DNA of 64,000 nucleotides, taken from the NCBI GenBank assembly GCA_025201805.1, contig MU619265.1, forward strand, positions 69,003 through 133,002, read 5' to 3'. The position numbers and the translations under genes are program-made. Source of the DNA: Parasitella parasitica NRRL 2501 (lineage: Eukaryota > Fungi > Mucoromycota). Positions 27,770 through 39,317 of this stretch are shown here, piece by piece. The stretch's first letter is position 1. Each line of letters starts with the position of its first letter. The notes beneath the pieces were generated by a model that saw only the letters and a list, made by a program, of their open reading frames with translations, did not search any database and was not told the origin of the DNA.

Positions 27770-28022
27770 GGATCCGCAGACGGAACCCCAAAGAGCCCAA
27801 TACCTTAAAGCACTGGGCAAGGTACAGAAGAGCAAACGAAAATCAGAAATCAAAAATGGATTGCCGCTCCTCTTTCAGTGAATTGGGAACCTGTCCAACC
27901 CAACCTTACTAGAGGCGGATGCAAGTTGCTAGTGAGAACGTTCAACCTTGTTCCCTCAATCAGAGCAAACGTGAGCAGATGCAGAGAAAAGAACAGAAAA
28001 ATTGGGAGCGACGTCTGCGCAC
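27770..28022 (-). ncRNA. Candidate structured ncRNA of unknown class
   Basis: The 5' and 3' ends pair (CGCAGACG/CGUCUGCG); three internal hairpins whose G-U pairs form only on the minus strand; followed by a T12 run. Confidence 0.5.
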
Positions 28023-28701
28023 TCTTTTATAGCTTTTCGAGCTAGAAAATGTGTCTGTTTTTTTCCTTTTTTCTTGCAAGCCACTTTGTTTCTCGTATCA
28101 GCACATCCCAGGCATCAAATGTGCGTAAAATTGAATGCTTACATGTTGGTGGAAATCATCGGTCAACCAAAAATCAATTTGTGCACATTTATCCCCAACA
28201 AGAACAATTGGGGGTAATTGCCATTGCAGGTATGTATAACTGATAGGCTCGGCAAGTACGGAGCATAACGTTCGAAATCGATCAAAGCATGTGTTTCTCG
28301 ATACCAGATGGCAATCGCACCTCACAAACGGACTCAAAACAAGGTTTTTTTTTTAGGGTTTCTGCGCTTGTTGCACCACAACTGCATGAATACATACTGG
28401 GAACCATCATGTATCAGATCCTACACATCTTGACCACAGAACAGAAAATTCTTGTCTATATCCATTTGTATCAAAAAAATGAACAATACATATAAAGAGG
28501 CTAAAACACACGACTATCATAGTGTAATGTGTTAATAACTTTAAGCGTTACAGGTAAACGAATGTACAAGGACCATTGCTTTTTTTGCGGATAGGATCTG
28601 GCATGGATAAAGCAGCCGGTGTAACTAGAATTTCAGGATAATATAACCATCACTATGAGGCAGATTAATATGTTATTGTCTGGTTTCAGCGCTTCAGAAA
28701 G

Positions 28702-28706
<5 letters not shown>

Positions 28707-28740
<34 letters not shown>
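28707..28740. repeat. (AG)n microsatellite
   Basis: Direct dinucleotide run. Confidence 0.95.
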
Positions 28741-29073
28741 CTCTTTATATGATAATTGGCGAGATGGATGTGCATTGATAAATGTTGCCATACTATATCA
28801 AAGCACCGCATTGGTCCTAATGAGCTTGGTTCACTATTCTCTGTATTTCATTTAAATAGAGCCTACCCTTATAGGCTCATCATTGAATCACGCCGCTTAA
28901 ACCATTTTACTTCATCTCATCCATTGTAAGCAGGAAGAGCGTGAGTACACATCTTTTGTCATACGATCGACCAATCAGCAGAATGATACTTTCCCTATAA
29001 AAAGTCCCCTTTTTTATATTTTAAGCTTTTCCTTTTTCCCTCTTAATATATAAATCTCCTGTCGGTTTAAAGC

Positions 29074-30196
29074 ATGTCTACTGTAACCCAACAACAGCAA
29101 AATCAGCAGTCAGTAGCAGAGCTCAAGCCTGTACCAAGAAACAAAGCAAAGGAAACAGCTGTAGGGTTTGTTATTGGCGGTTTAGCAGCATGTGGGGCTG
29201 TTACATTTACTAATCCTTGGGAGGTAAGATCGACACAAGACATCAGTCAACAATCACCTAAAGAGAAAAGGGGCAATTAGGTAGTGAAGACTCGTCTCCA
29301 ACTGCAAGGCGAATTGGTTCGAGCAGGCGCTCTTTCTGAAGCAGCTCGCCCTTATCACAACAGCTTCCAGGCTCTCAAAGTGGTTTTTCAACATGAAGGT
29401 ATTCGAGGCGCCCAGCGAGGTCTCAGTGTTGCGTATTTTTATCAGATATGTCTAAACGGCAGTCGATTGGGCCTTTATGAGCCAGTGCAAACCAACATGA
29501 TCAAAGCCTTGAATCTAAAATCAGAAGGTAGTATTTTGGCATCTGGCATATTTTCTGGGGCTTTGGCTGGTGTTGTCGGCGCAGTGCTCGGCTCCCCACT
29601 CTACCTAATCAAGACTCGCAGACAGTCATTCTCTCCTGTATTCAGGAACATTGGCCACCAACATGAGATGGGATCTGCATTGAGCGCATTGCGACAAATT
29701 TATCGCTCTGAGGGTATCCGCGGTCTTTATCGTGGCGCAGACGCTGCAATGGTAAGAGCAGGTGTTGGATCAGCTGTGCAAATGCCTACCTATATGATCG
29801 GTAAAGATATTCTGGTCAAGAAGTTTGGATTTCCCGATGCCCTTAGCACCCACTTTGCTACATCCATGTTTACTGGCGTGTTGGTTTGTTTGGCTATGAA
29901 CCCATTTGATGTTATTTCGACCCGCATGTACAATCAGGGCGTAGATCCAGCCACCGGCAAGGGTATTTTGTACAAGAGTCCTGTGGATTGCTTTGTCAAA
30001 CTGGTCAGAATAGAAGGTGTGCGTGGTCTTTATAAGGGATTTTTGGCTCATTATCTCCGTATTGGGTAAACGTTTTTCACAGCCTGTGCAACTACAAAAG
30101 TCTAATTTTTTTTTCTATATTCATAGGCCCCATACTACGCTTATGTTTGTGTTTATGGAGCAATTGAAAAATATTTACAAAAAGGAATTTGCGTAA
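29074..30196 (+). CDS. OAC1: Mitochondrial oxaloacetate/sulfate carrier, 3 exons
   Basis: GGLAACGAVTFTNPWE|VVKTRLQLQGEL, YQICLNGSRLGLYEP, SPLYLIKTR, MNPFDVISTRMYNQ, AHYLRIG|PHT. Confidence 0.93.
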
Positions 30197-30599
30197 TGAA
30201 TAGACGATGCAATTGTATGTATATTATAGAAACAAGGTTATGCTATATACCACACAAGAAAGCTTTTTTTTTTTTTTTTTCGGAAAATATAATATTTTTT
30301 AATCAGTCCAAGATGCATACATTTATTAGCGTAAGAACGGTACTTTTGAAGCTTCGCTGTTTGGAGAAGAGTAATGCCTATCATATAAAATATAAAAAAT
30401 TCAGTTCAACAAGGAAAAAATACAGGCTATGTGCAGCAGATCATTAGAAAACCAACACATCCATAGCAAACTTGAACCAAACTAAATGATGCATTTCCAC
30501 TGACGGAATACAATACTCTTCCTCGTGGAAGTATTGAGCAATCAGACAATATTGGGTGGTAGCTACAGCCTATTTTTTGTAGCACACTATTCAACAATA

Positions 30600-31485
30600 N
30601 NNNNNNNNNNNNNNNNNNNNNNNNNNNNNNNNNNNNNNNNNNNNNNNNNNNNNNNNNNNNNNNNNNNNNNNNNNNNNNNNNNNNNNNNNNNNNNNNNNNN
30701 NNNNNNNNNNNNNNNNNNNNNNNNNNNNNNNNNNNNNNNNNNNNNNNNNNNNNNNNNNNNNNNNNNNNNNNNNNNNNNNNNNNNNNNNNNNNNNNNNNNN
30801 NNNNNNNNNNNNNNNNNNNNNNNNNNNNNNNNNNNNNNNNNNNNNNNNNNNNNNNNNNNNNNNNNNNNNNNNNNNNNNNNNNNNNNNNNNNNNNNNNNNN
30901 NNNNNNNNNNNNNNNNNNNNNNNNNNNNNNNNNNNNNNNNNNNNNNNNNNNNNNNNNNNNNNNNNNNNNNNNNNNNNNNNNNNNNNNNNNNNNNNNNNNN
31001 NNNNNNNNNNNNNNNNNNNNNNNNNNNNNNNNNNNNNNNNNNNNNNNNNNNNNNNNNNNNNNNNNNNNNNNNNNNNNNNNNNNNNNNNNNNNNNNNNNNN
31101 NNNNNNNNNNNNNNNNNNNNNNNNNNNNNNNNNNNNNNNNNNNNNNNNNNNNNNNNNNNNNNNNNNNNNNNNNNNNNNNNNNNNNNNNNNNNNNNNNNNN
31201 NNNNNNNNNNNNNNNNNNNNNNNNNNNNNNNNNNNNNNNNNNNNNNNNNNNNNNNNNNNNNNNNNNNNNNNNNNNNNNNNNNNNNNNNNNNNNNNNNNNN
31301 NNNNNNNNNNNNNNNNNNNNNNNNNNNNNNNNNNNNNNNNNNNNNNNNNNNNNNNNNNNNNNNNNNNNNNNNNNNNNNNNNNNNNNNNNNNNNNNNNNNN
31401 NNNNNNNNNNNNNNNNNNNNNNNNNNNNNNNNNNNNNNNNNNNNNNNNNNNNNNNNNNNNNNNNNNNNNNNNNNNNNNNNNNNNN
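30600..31485. other. Assembly gap (886 N)
   Basis: N run; ORFs spanning it are artefacts. Confidence 1.
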
Positions 31486-31817
31486 CCATGGTTTGGCTAG
31501 TACCATGAGTTTCGTCTTCAACTAGTTAAAAAAAACTATAAATGCAAAACTATTATACTCCCCTTTTCTCTGAATCCATAAACGTAAGTTTTTCCATACC
31601 AATATGACCCATTTTTGATTGTTAATGTTGTAGCTTTCAATTGAATATGATATCAAGAAAAACCTGAATGTGAGAAAAGAAAAAAATACATCGTTGGTGG
31701 CGTGTTTTTTCTTTGTTAAATTTTAGTCATGTGACACACAGTAGGTCGGTCGGTGTGGGTCTGGCCATTACAAAAACCATCAGGTTATGCATGCTCTAGC
31801 TTCTGCAGGTTGCTATA

Positions 31818-33808
31818 ATGTCAGATTATTTCATTAAAACAAAACGCCCTATTTGGAACATTGATGATGCGTTTAGTTCATTCAAAGCAAAGTATCCAGA
31901 CTTGACTGTAGAGCAGCAGCTGACAAGTTTCCATGACTTTTTGAAAAAGCAAGATGATCCTGTAGTGCAATCGTGGTTATTAAAGTGGAAATCGTTTTGC
32001 AAAAAGCCAGAAAAATCCAAGAAGATGCCACACAATCGAATTAATCTTGATATGAGAAGATCGGTTAATCAGAACGTTACAATAGGAAACGTGAAAAACT
32101 ACAACAACAAGAGTGAACTAGAAGACGATGTTGAGCGAGCACCCCAAATCAACAGGTAAAAGAAGTAAAAATACTAAATAAATCTCTAATATCCTTTTTG
32201 TGATAGTGATAGTGAAGGCAATCGCAGCGACAAACCTTTTGATAATCTGTTTAGCGAAGACGAGGAGGCTGCAACTGTGGATAAGACTGATGTAGATGAT
32301 TTTAAAAGAGCAGTGTTTAAAGCTGGCTATCAATATGCAAGTGTTTTCACTTTCTAAATAGAGTATTTTACCAAATTCTGAACTATATTCTCTATATTTA
32401 GTTTAAAGAAGAATTATCGTTATCCACTATATCAAACCTCAACAAATTATTCAAAGGATTTAGTCCTACCACATTAGAGGGGTTCCTGGACATGCTCTCG
32501 TATGAATTACTTAACAAAGAAATGAATATAAATGAGAAAAATACACTCAAGTAAGTTTATATATTCAAAACACATTGCTAATAATTGATAGATCAATGCG
32601 TTTAGACTTTCATTGAGCCACATTATTTCTTTCGTTGGTCCTACTGCAGTAGTTTTCGAGACATTTTTCTCGAAACAAAATCTCACCGCCAAAAATTTGT
32701 TCGAAGAGGTAAAGGCCAAGGTACCTTTACTTCCTGTTGGAATGTCGGAAACAGCCAAGCAAATGATTGATGATATACTTGATGTAAGTTAAATTATTGA
32801 TCAATTTATTAATTAATAAATAGCCTATTTTTTATTAAGACAAACATTCACAGGTTGATGGAAGCGAGCATTTATTAAGACAAACGATTAATGAAAAAAA
32901 AGGCAAAGTTGTTAGAAACAACATATGATGGTGAAGAGATGCAAGTCCTCGATATCATGGAGTTTATTGTCCAATGCACAAAAAGGAAGAGCTATAGACA
33001 CACCAGCGAATTATCATGCTATCGTATGAGTGCCCATATTTTTGACCTCATATTGAATGACACATCTCTCCAGATGATCGAGTAAGTTTATTGCAAAAGT
33101 AGCTCCTATATTTACTCCCTTTCGATGCTAATATCTATAATACCTTGTAATTAGTGGCGAAAACTGTTCTCAGGCAACGAAAACTGCTCAACAAGACAAC
33201 CAAAGAATATGTTCTGATGATGATGATACTAAAAAGTTGATTGGAAGGAAAATCGATCTTATTATTGCTAAATATGGAGTCGAATTGAGCAGTAGTGAAT
33301 GGAAGAAAAGTCAGACCACTCCCGCCACGATTGAGCAGCAGCGTGTAAAGAATTTTAGATCAAACTGTGCCATTTTGAACAAGATCTTGAATTTACCAAT
33401 AAACGATGCTAGTGAAATTCATACGCTTGGAATGGACTGGCTTGGTAAGTTCGAAATTAGCCATTTGTGTATCAACATTTGTAATTCACCTGCGCTATTC
33501 TAGGTATGGTTGGGTGTATGTACGCATTTGACACCTATGAAAATATTTTTTCGATTCATTATGCTGGTGATCTCGTTATACCGGAAAACATCGGTACTCT
33601 TTATCTTTTAAAAGAAACACTTGATCTATTATATTCGTTCAAACATCATCATGTAAATTTAAGCAGAAGCATTCAGTCTTCCGTAGAAAAATCAAAAATA
33701 GCTGATCAATTAAGAAAGCTACGCCCTGAACCAATTCGTACGAAGAGAGAGATCGGTCCAGTTGTTTTTTTCACACCCTCCAAACGTCAAAAGAAAACAA
33801 CCAAATAA
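31818..33808 (+). CDS. PD-(D/E)XK restriction-endonuclease-fold protein (Crinkler-REase-like), multi-exon, with one apparent frameshift
   Basis: Spliced product contains DGENCSQATK...GRKIDLII...ELSSSEWKK...QQRVKNFRSNCAIL...GMDWLG, a D...E-x-K nuclease-like core. An A8 run at ~32894-32901 appears to shift the frame by one base. Confidence 0.6.
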
Positions 33809-33924
33809 ATAATATTATTTGCAAGGCTGTGCTGCGCATGTAAATATTGCACACTTTATGGCAGTTTATAGTATTCTAAATGAAAAGTTTTTATTGTTTG
33901 ATCGAATCCTAGCAGTACAAATAT

Positions 33925-36900
33925 CTAATAGACTTCAAGAATATAAGATTCCTTCTCCTTCCACTCCTCAATAAGGGCAGAGGCTTCATCAGCAGTGATA
34001 CCACTATAATTGGTAAGACCGTGGACGACAGCATCCTTGACATCGGGAACAGGCCATGTAGGGCCACAGAGATAGAAATGGCCCTTTTGATTCATCAAAT
34101 AATCATTCAACATTTCAGCATCTTCCATCATCTTGTGTTGAATGTAGATTTTTTCCTTTTGGTCACGAGAGAAGGCAAGACCCATATGAGAGAGGACACC
34201 ATCGGCATGGTAAGCTTCCAATTCTTCACCATACAGGTATTCCATGGAACGATGACGAGAACCAAAGTACAGAACAACGGGGCCCACCTTTTTACCGGCA
34301 GCCTTGGCCAAATAACGTTCTTGAATAAAGGCACGGAAGGGAGCCATACCAGTGCCAAGTCCAGCCATGATGACAGGTTGAGAATCAAGAGGAGGCAGCT
34401 TCATAACGGAGGGCTTGATAGATACAGTGACATTATCGCCAACCTTCAAGTTGGTCAAGTAGCGAGTACATTGGCCAAAACGCTTCTTGCCAGCTTTAGT
34501 GTCCCAGTCAACAGCGACGATCAGCAAATGAACAGCATTGTTGAACATCTTTTGAGATGAAGCAATAGAGTAGTGACGAGGCTTGATAGGAGCAATGATT
34601 TGAGCAAGCGACTCGACAGAAGGCTTGGCAGAAGTGAATTCGCGCAAGAGGTCTTCATAGGTAATGGTTTCATCGACACGGTTCTTGAAGTCTTCCTTGC
34701 CCTCAGGAGAGATCAAGAACAATAGGTGCTCCTTTTCCTTGGGATCCGTGGCAAAATCAGCGAGGGACTCGTAAAACTTCTTGGAGGGGCGACCAAAGAT
34801 ATCCAAAGTTTGGCTGAACAATTGGAACACAGTGCGCACTTGTTCGACACCCTTCTCAGTGTCCTTGACAGAAACAATATCATTGCCGTTCAGGCCATAC
34901 CACTCCAAAAAGTCTTGCACGTCAGCATAGTCGTTATGGCCGTGAACACCAAGAGCATCGCCAAGCTCATACTTGAGGTTGGAATCAGTTGTGTCGAACT
35001 CGATATGGAACACATTACGGTCGTAAGAGTCAGGAGTCAAGCGACGGTTCTCACCAACCTTGATAACATAGGTGTTTTCGTGCAAATCAGGACGTACAGC
35101 AGCTTCAGTCTTGTATGCTTCATTGAACATCAGTTGCCAGGCTGCCTTGTGCCACTTGGCAGATTCAGCACCAGCACCTTCTTCATCCCCCAAAGTAGCA
35201 TCAGACATCTCTCCGTCTTCTTCCTCGGGGCCAACAAGACGATCCAAAGGCAACGTTGGCAACACTTCGTCACTCAGTTCCAAGATGGTCCAAGGAGGCA
35301 GCAATTCTACGGGAGTTAGTTCGCTGGTAACAGCAGTAACGATATCAGCAGCTAGGCCAGCCAAGCTACGCTTGTTCTCTTCTTCTCCAGTCTGCTCAAT
35401 CTCTTCGTAGAGCTCGCGAAGACGATCAGCAACCGAGGCAACCTTTTGGCCCAGAATCAAAAACACCGCTTCCCAAACAAAATGAGTAGACTTGATGTTC
35501 AGACCAAGCTCTTGAGCAATACGAGCAGCATCGATCGTATAGAGTCGAGCATTGATAGCGGTCAAACCAAACTTGAACTCGTTGGACAGGACGCCTTCGA
35601 TTTCATCGCCGTGCTTCCAAGGACCATGGAGAACAACAGTGGCGTTTTTGGCAGCATGAGCAAGGGTATTGTATTCACGGATAACACCAATGTTATGGAT
35701 GCCAATGTATTGATGGGGAGCAGTGGCAGTCGAGCCGTAAGCGAGGTGAGTACGAGAGACAGCACCGCCAACGCGATAGGCATCACGAGTGACGCGAGCA
35801 GTAACGGGAACGTTAGGATGAATAGCTTGAACGAGATGAGCATCGTGGATAGCAGCAGTGGCAGTTCCGTCTTGCTCAACATCCCAGAAAATAGCGCTCC
35901 AAGCCGCATCGCTCTTCTCCAGAGCAAGAGTTTCGTCAGACACAGACACAGTGAAGGGCTCAGCAGCAAGATTGATAAAGGTCTCATGTTCAGCCTCCTT
36001 GGCAAGAGAGGGGATGTGAGTAGCGTGAATATGGCTGAAATCTGTAGCCTGAGCACTGACCAAACGAGGACGTTGATCGCGGGCAATAGGCCCAAAGCGA
36101 ATCGAAGCGGCAATGTCCAAATAGAGAGGGCCGTTGAAAGCATAGAGACCGGCACCCTCTTCTAGAACCACAACACGACGGGCAGACTTTGGCAGAGCAG
36201 CAATGAAATCGGCCTCGGACCAGGGACGGAAAGCACGGACGCTCAAAATGCCAACACTAGCATTCAGGTACGAAGCCGCACGAGAAACAGCTTGGTCAAC
36301 AGAAGCAGTGGAAGCACTCAAGGTGACCAAAACGGTCTCAGCGTCAGCAACACCAGAGTATTCAAAAGGCTTGTAGTTGAATTGAGCGAGAACTTTCTTG
36401 GCAATTTGGTAAGACTCGTTGTATGCAATAGTGGCATCAGAGATGGTTGAACCAGCCAAATTGGCGAGTTGAGCATAAGATGTAAGATTGACCTTTTCAA
36501 TGACCTTGGAGGCGGCGACACCGTTGAAAAAGTGAATCACAGGCAAGCCCACAGAGCGAGCAAGCAAATGAGCAACGATAGCAATATCATGAGCTTCTTG
36601 AGCATTGGCAGAAGACAATAGAATGGCGCCTGTGTTGCGGGCAGCAAGGACAGCTTCGACGTTGGCAGAGGCAACTAAATCTTGGTCAATGGATTGAGCA
36701 GCAACATGGAAGACTACAGGTTGACGGTCAACAGCCAAAGCATGCAAGTTGGGGATCATAGAAAGCAAAGCTTGCGAAGAAGCCAATACAGACAGATTCT
36801 TGCCCTCAGAATCAGCAAGAGCACCTTGGACGGCTTGAAGAGCACCAGCACGAGTCTCCATCTCAACAACCTTGACAAGTTCACCATTAGCATTACGAAC

Positions 36901-37296
36901 AGAGTCAGTCCAAGCAGACAATTCTTGTCCGAGATATCCGGAAGCGAAGCCAGGATAAACAAAGACAATATCAGAGAGGCCATAGGTGACATAATCAACA
37001 GCATGATTAGCATCTACAAGACACACTTGAGAATCATCAGATGAGGCAGTCAGAAGGGATTTGATGGCATTCTTGACTCTGGATTGTAACAGAATAGAGG
37101 CATCTTCATCAACAATGGTTGTTTGACTTTCAGTGGTAGAGGCAGCATCAATCTCTTTCTTTAATTCGGCTGTCACTGCTTGCACAAGATCAGGGGAAAT
37201 GTCAATTTTGGTATTGATGTTGTGAATGTTGGTATTGTTTGTAGGAAATGCCTTGCTCTTGACAAGCGATGCAACCAAAGCAACTGAAGCAAACAT
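33925..37296 (-). CDS. MET10: Sulfite reductase [NADPH] flavoprotein alpha subunit, intronless
   Basis: N-terminal PFOR-like domains followed by an FNR module: YDRNVFHIEFD, RHYSIASS, GLGTGMAPFRAF, LYFGSRH, AFSRDQ, YLCGPTWP, C-terminal EVY. Confidence 0.95.
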   Translation of the reverse strand: MFASVALVASLVKSKAFPTNNTNIHNINTKIDISPDLVQAVTAELKKEIDAASTTESQTTIVDEDASILLQSRVKNAIKSLLTASSDDSQVCLVDANHAVDYVTYGLSDIVFVYPGFASGYLGQELSAWTDSVRNANGELVKVVEMETRAGALQAVQGALADSEGKNLSVLASSQALLSMIPNLHALAVDRQPVVFHVAAQSIDQDLVASANVEAVLAARNTGAILLSSANAQEAHDIAIVAHLLARSVGLPVIHFFNGVAASKVIEKVNLTSYAQLANLAGSTISDATIAYNESYQIAKKVLAQFNYKPFEYSGVADAETVLVTLSASTASVDQAVSRAASYLNASVGILSVRAFRPWSEADFIAALPKSARRVVVLEEGAGLYAFNGPLYLDIAASIRFGPIARDQRPRLVSAQATDFSHIHATHIPSLAKEAEHETFINLAAEPFTVSVSDETLALEKSDAAWSAIFWDVEQDGTATAAIHDAHLVQAIHPNVPVTARVTRDAYRVGGAVSRTHLAYGSTATAPHQYIGIHNIGVIREYNTLAHAAKNATVVLHGPWKHGDEIEGVLSNEFKFGLTAINARLYTIDAARIAQELGLNIKSTHFVWEAVFLILGQKVASVADRLRELYEEIEQTGEEENKRSLAGLAADIVTAVTSELTPVELLPPWTILELSDEVLPTLPLDRLVGPEEEDGEMSDATLGDEEGAGAESAKWHKAAWQLMFNEAYKTEAAVRPDLHENTYVIKVGENRRLTPDSYDRNVFHIEFDTTDSNLKYELGDALGVHGHNDYADVQDFLEWYGLNGNDIVSVKDTEKGVEQVRTVFQLFSQTLDIFGRPSKKFYESLADFATDPKEKEHLLFLISPEGKEDFKNRVDETITYEDLLREFTSAKPSVESLAQIIAPIKPRHYSIASSQKMFNNAVHLLIVAVDWDTKAGKKRFGQCTRYLTNLKVGDNVTVSIKPSVMKLPPLDSQPVIMAGLGTGMAPFRAFIQERYLAKAAGKKVGPVVLYFGSRHRSMEYLYGEELEAYHADGVLSHMGLAFSRDQKEKIYIQHKMMEDAEMLNDYLMNQKGHFYLCGPTWPVPDVKDAVVHGLTNYSGITADEASALIEEWKEKESYILEVY

Positions 37297-38515
37297 CTTT
37301 ATTTTTATTTTATTGTTTTTAAAAAAAAAAAAGATAAGTGGAAGAAAAAAAAAAGAAGTTTGACCAAAACGATGGAGATGTGAAATGTCTTCCTAATCGA
37401 GAAAATATTTAATTCGAGAAATTGCAAATGGGCACGCCATTGAGCAGAAACTACCCATTCACAGTAAACAGAAATTGCGCAATTAGTTCTCAGTCGTTGC
37501 TCATATTCTCGCATTTCAGGTGCAAATTTGTAGATGTTTTAGAATGATTGGTTTAGAATATTCTCCACAAAAAACGATCCTGGATGAGACCATCCAGTAT
37601 ACAAGCCAAGTCTGATCTCATGTAATAACGCACCAGATCCTGTCCTATTAAATATTTTCGTACAATGAAAATACAAGCATCTGGTAGGCTTTCTCTTGAA
37701 GCTGTTCCTTCATCTTAAAGAGACATTATCTTGAGTCAAGCAATTCCCTTTTGCTTCAAAGATTTCAGGCTCTTATTTTGTATATTATCTACCGTTTTTA
37801 TCATCAGTGAATAATTGAGCTATGTTATATAAATCTACTACAAGAAACAAAACTGTAAAATGAAACGTGTTTTTGCGTAACATAATGCGGTCTTTTTTCT
37901 TTTGGACATTAGTTGAATGTTTGTTAGATATTAATGAGCGTCGACAAATTTCTAGTCAAGATGGCCATGCTCTTGAGTTTATACACTACAGAATACCGTA
38001 TAGAAATCTTACTAGTGATCTCAGAGTATGTAATCGTTGTTTCTTAAACAATCACAATGCGCTGATTAACTGGAAAAATTGGCTTGTGAGCCATAAAAGG
38101 CATTCATCAGTTGCAGAAAAAATTTGGCATAATATGCGATATGACATATTAGTTAAACAAATACCGTATTGGCTATTTCTTGATTATATGCTCCCTGATG
38201 TTTCGTCTCGAGAGAAGCTAGAGATAGCTAAGCATTCAAAAAATGTTCCAGAAATCTAGTAGATGATTTGGTGATATGTACAATATCCAAACATTCAGGG
38301 AGAAAGTGATGAAAATCAACAACGATCACCTGCAGCTTCGCATTATCAAATGATGACCTCACAATGAATGTACAAAATAGTAATATTGCATCTGCAATAA
38401 GCTTGGGAATAATGCTACCACACATACTTGTAATTTTATTTTATCGAAAACATGTAATCAGCACCATTCATTCAAGCAATGCAATAATTTTGCCACCATA
38501 TTCATATAATTTGTG

Positions 38516-39317
38516 TCAATTGTAGGTACGTTTTGTCGAGATATTTCGATAGCCCAACAATGGCTCTTCCTCCGCTTTTTTGTCTTTAATTTGCTGTATT
38601 GTTAGCCTATATAGCCAGATACCAGCACATACAAGGGTGATCAAACCTATGCCAAGACTGATCATGGTATATCGATGTGCCTCTGGTGGTAAATTTGGGT
38701 TATTCAAACTTGCCAATTGTGATCCTATCCAAACTGTCGAGGTTAGCTTGAATGATCCAATGCACGCTGCTATGCAGTAGACTTTGAAGCTGATATGGTC
38801 ATTTATAGATAGCATTATACTTGTTAGATGCCATGGAATAGGACTCAAACGGATTAGTAAGACCATTCTAATTCCACCATTCTGAATAGCACTAGATATG
38901 GCAGAGTATCTCTTCCCAGCTTTGATCCAGTCGCTTAAATGTAGTATTCTTATCAATGCGAATGTGATTGATGCACCAGAAAACGCACCTAGTGTTGCTG
39001 GTAGTAAACCAAAAGGAAAGCCAAAGACGTATCCGCACATTGTGACAGACAATGCAAACCCCATCAACGGAGGTATACTGGTTAAAGAAACAATAGCTGT
39101 CATCAGGACAGAGCTATATGGCGTAGATCTCATTTGGATGGCTAAATTCTGAATGCCTACACTTGTCATATAAGATAACCAAAACATTTAATACAAACAA
39201 AACCAACATGCCTTCAAGTATTTCGGTTCTGTAGTTTTTATAAACATAAGTGACAAGTGCGATCTTGCAAATGACAAATACTACAACACATAGTGTTCGT
39301 TTACTTGCTTTATACAT
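38516..39317 (-). CDS. TVP38: Tvp38/TMEM64 SNARE-associated (DedA/VTT) membrane protein, 2 exons
   Basis: SIPPLMGF...CGYVFGFP.G, LLIRLSPIPW and multiple TM helices. Confidence 0.85.

Noticed and set aside
27895-27905. CCAACCCAACC as a possible telomerase RNA template on the plus strand
   Set aside because: G-U pairing favours the opposite strand, no pseudoknot was evident, and the host telomere repeat is unknown here.
30427-31521. Three ~300-360 aa ORFs
   Set aside because: Artefacts of translating through the N gap.
34021-37044. Long plus-strand ORFs opposite MET10
   Set aside because: Antisense shadows caused by strong codon bias; no recognisable motifs.
37584-38440. Coding-like fragments including ORF 37867..38259
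   Set aside because: Interrupted by stops, no family recognised; cannot be supported as a gene.
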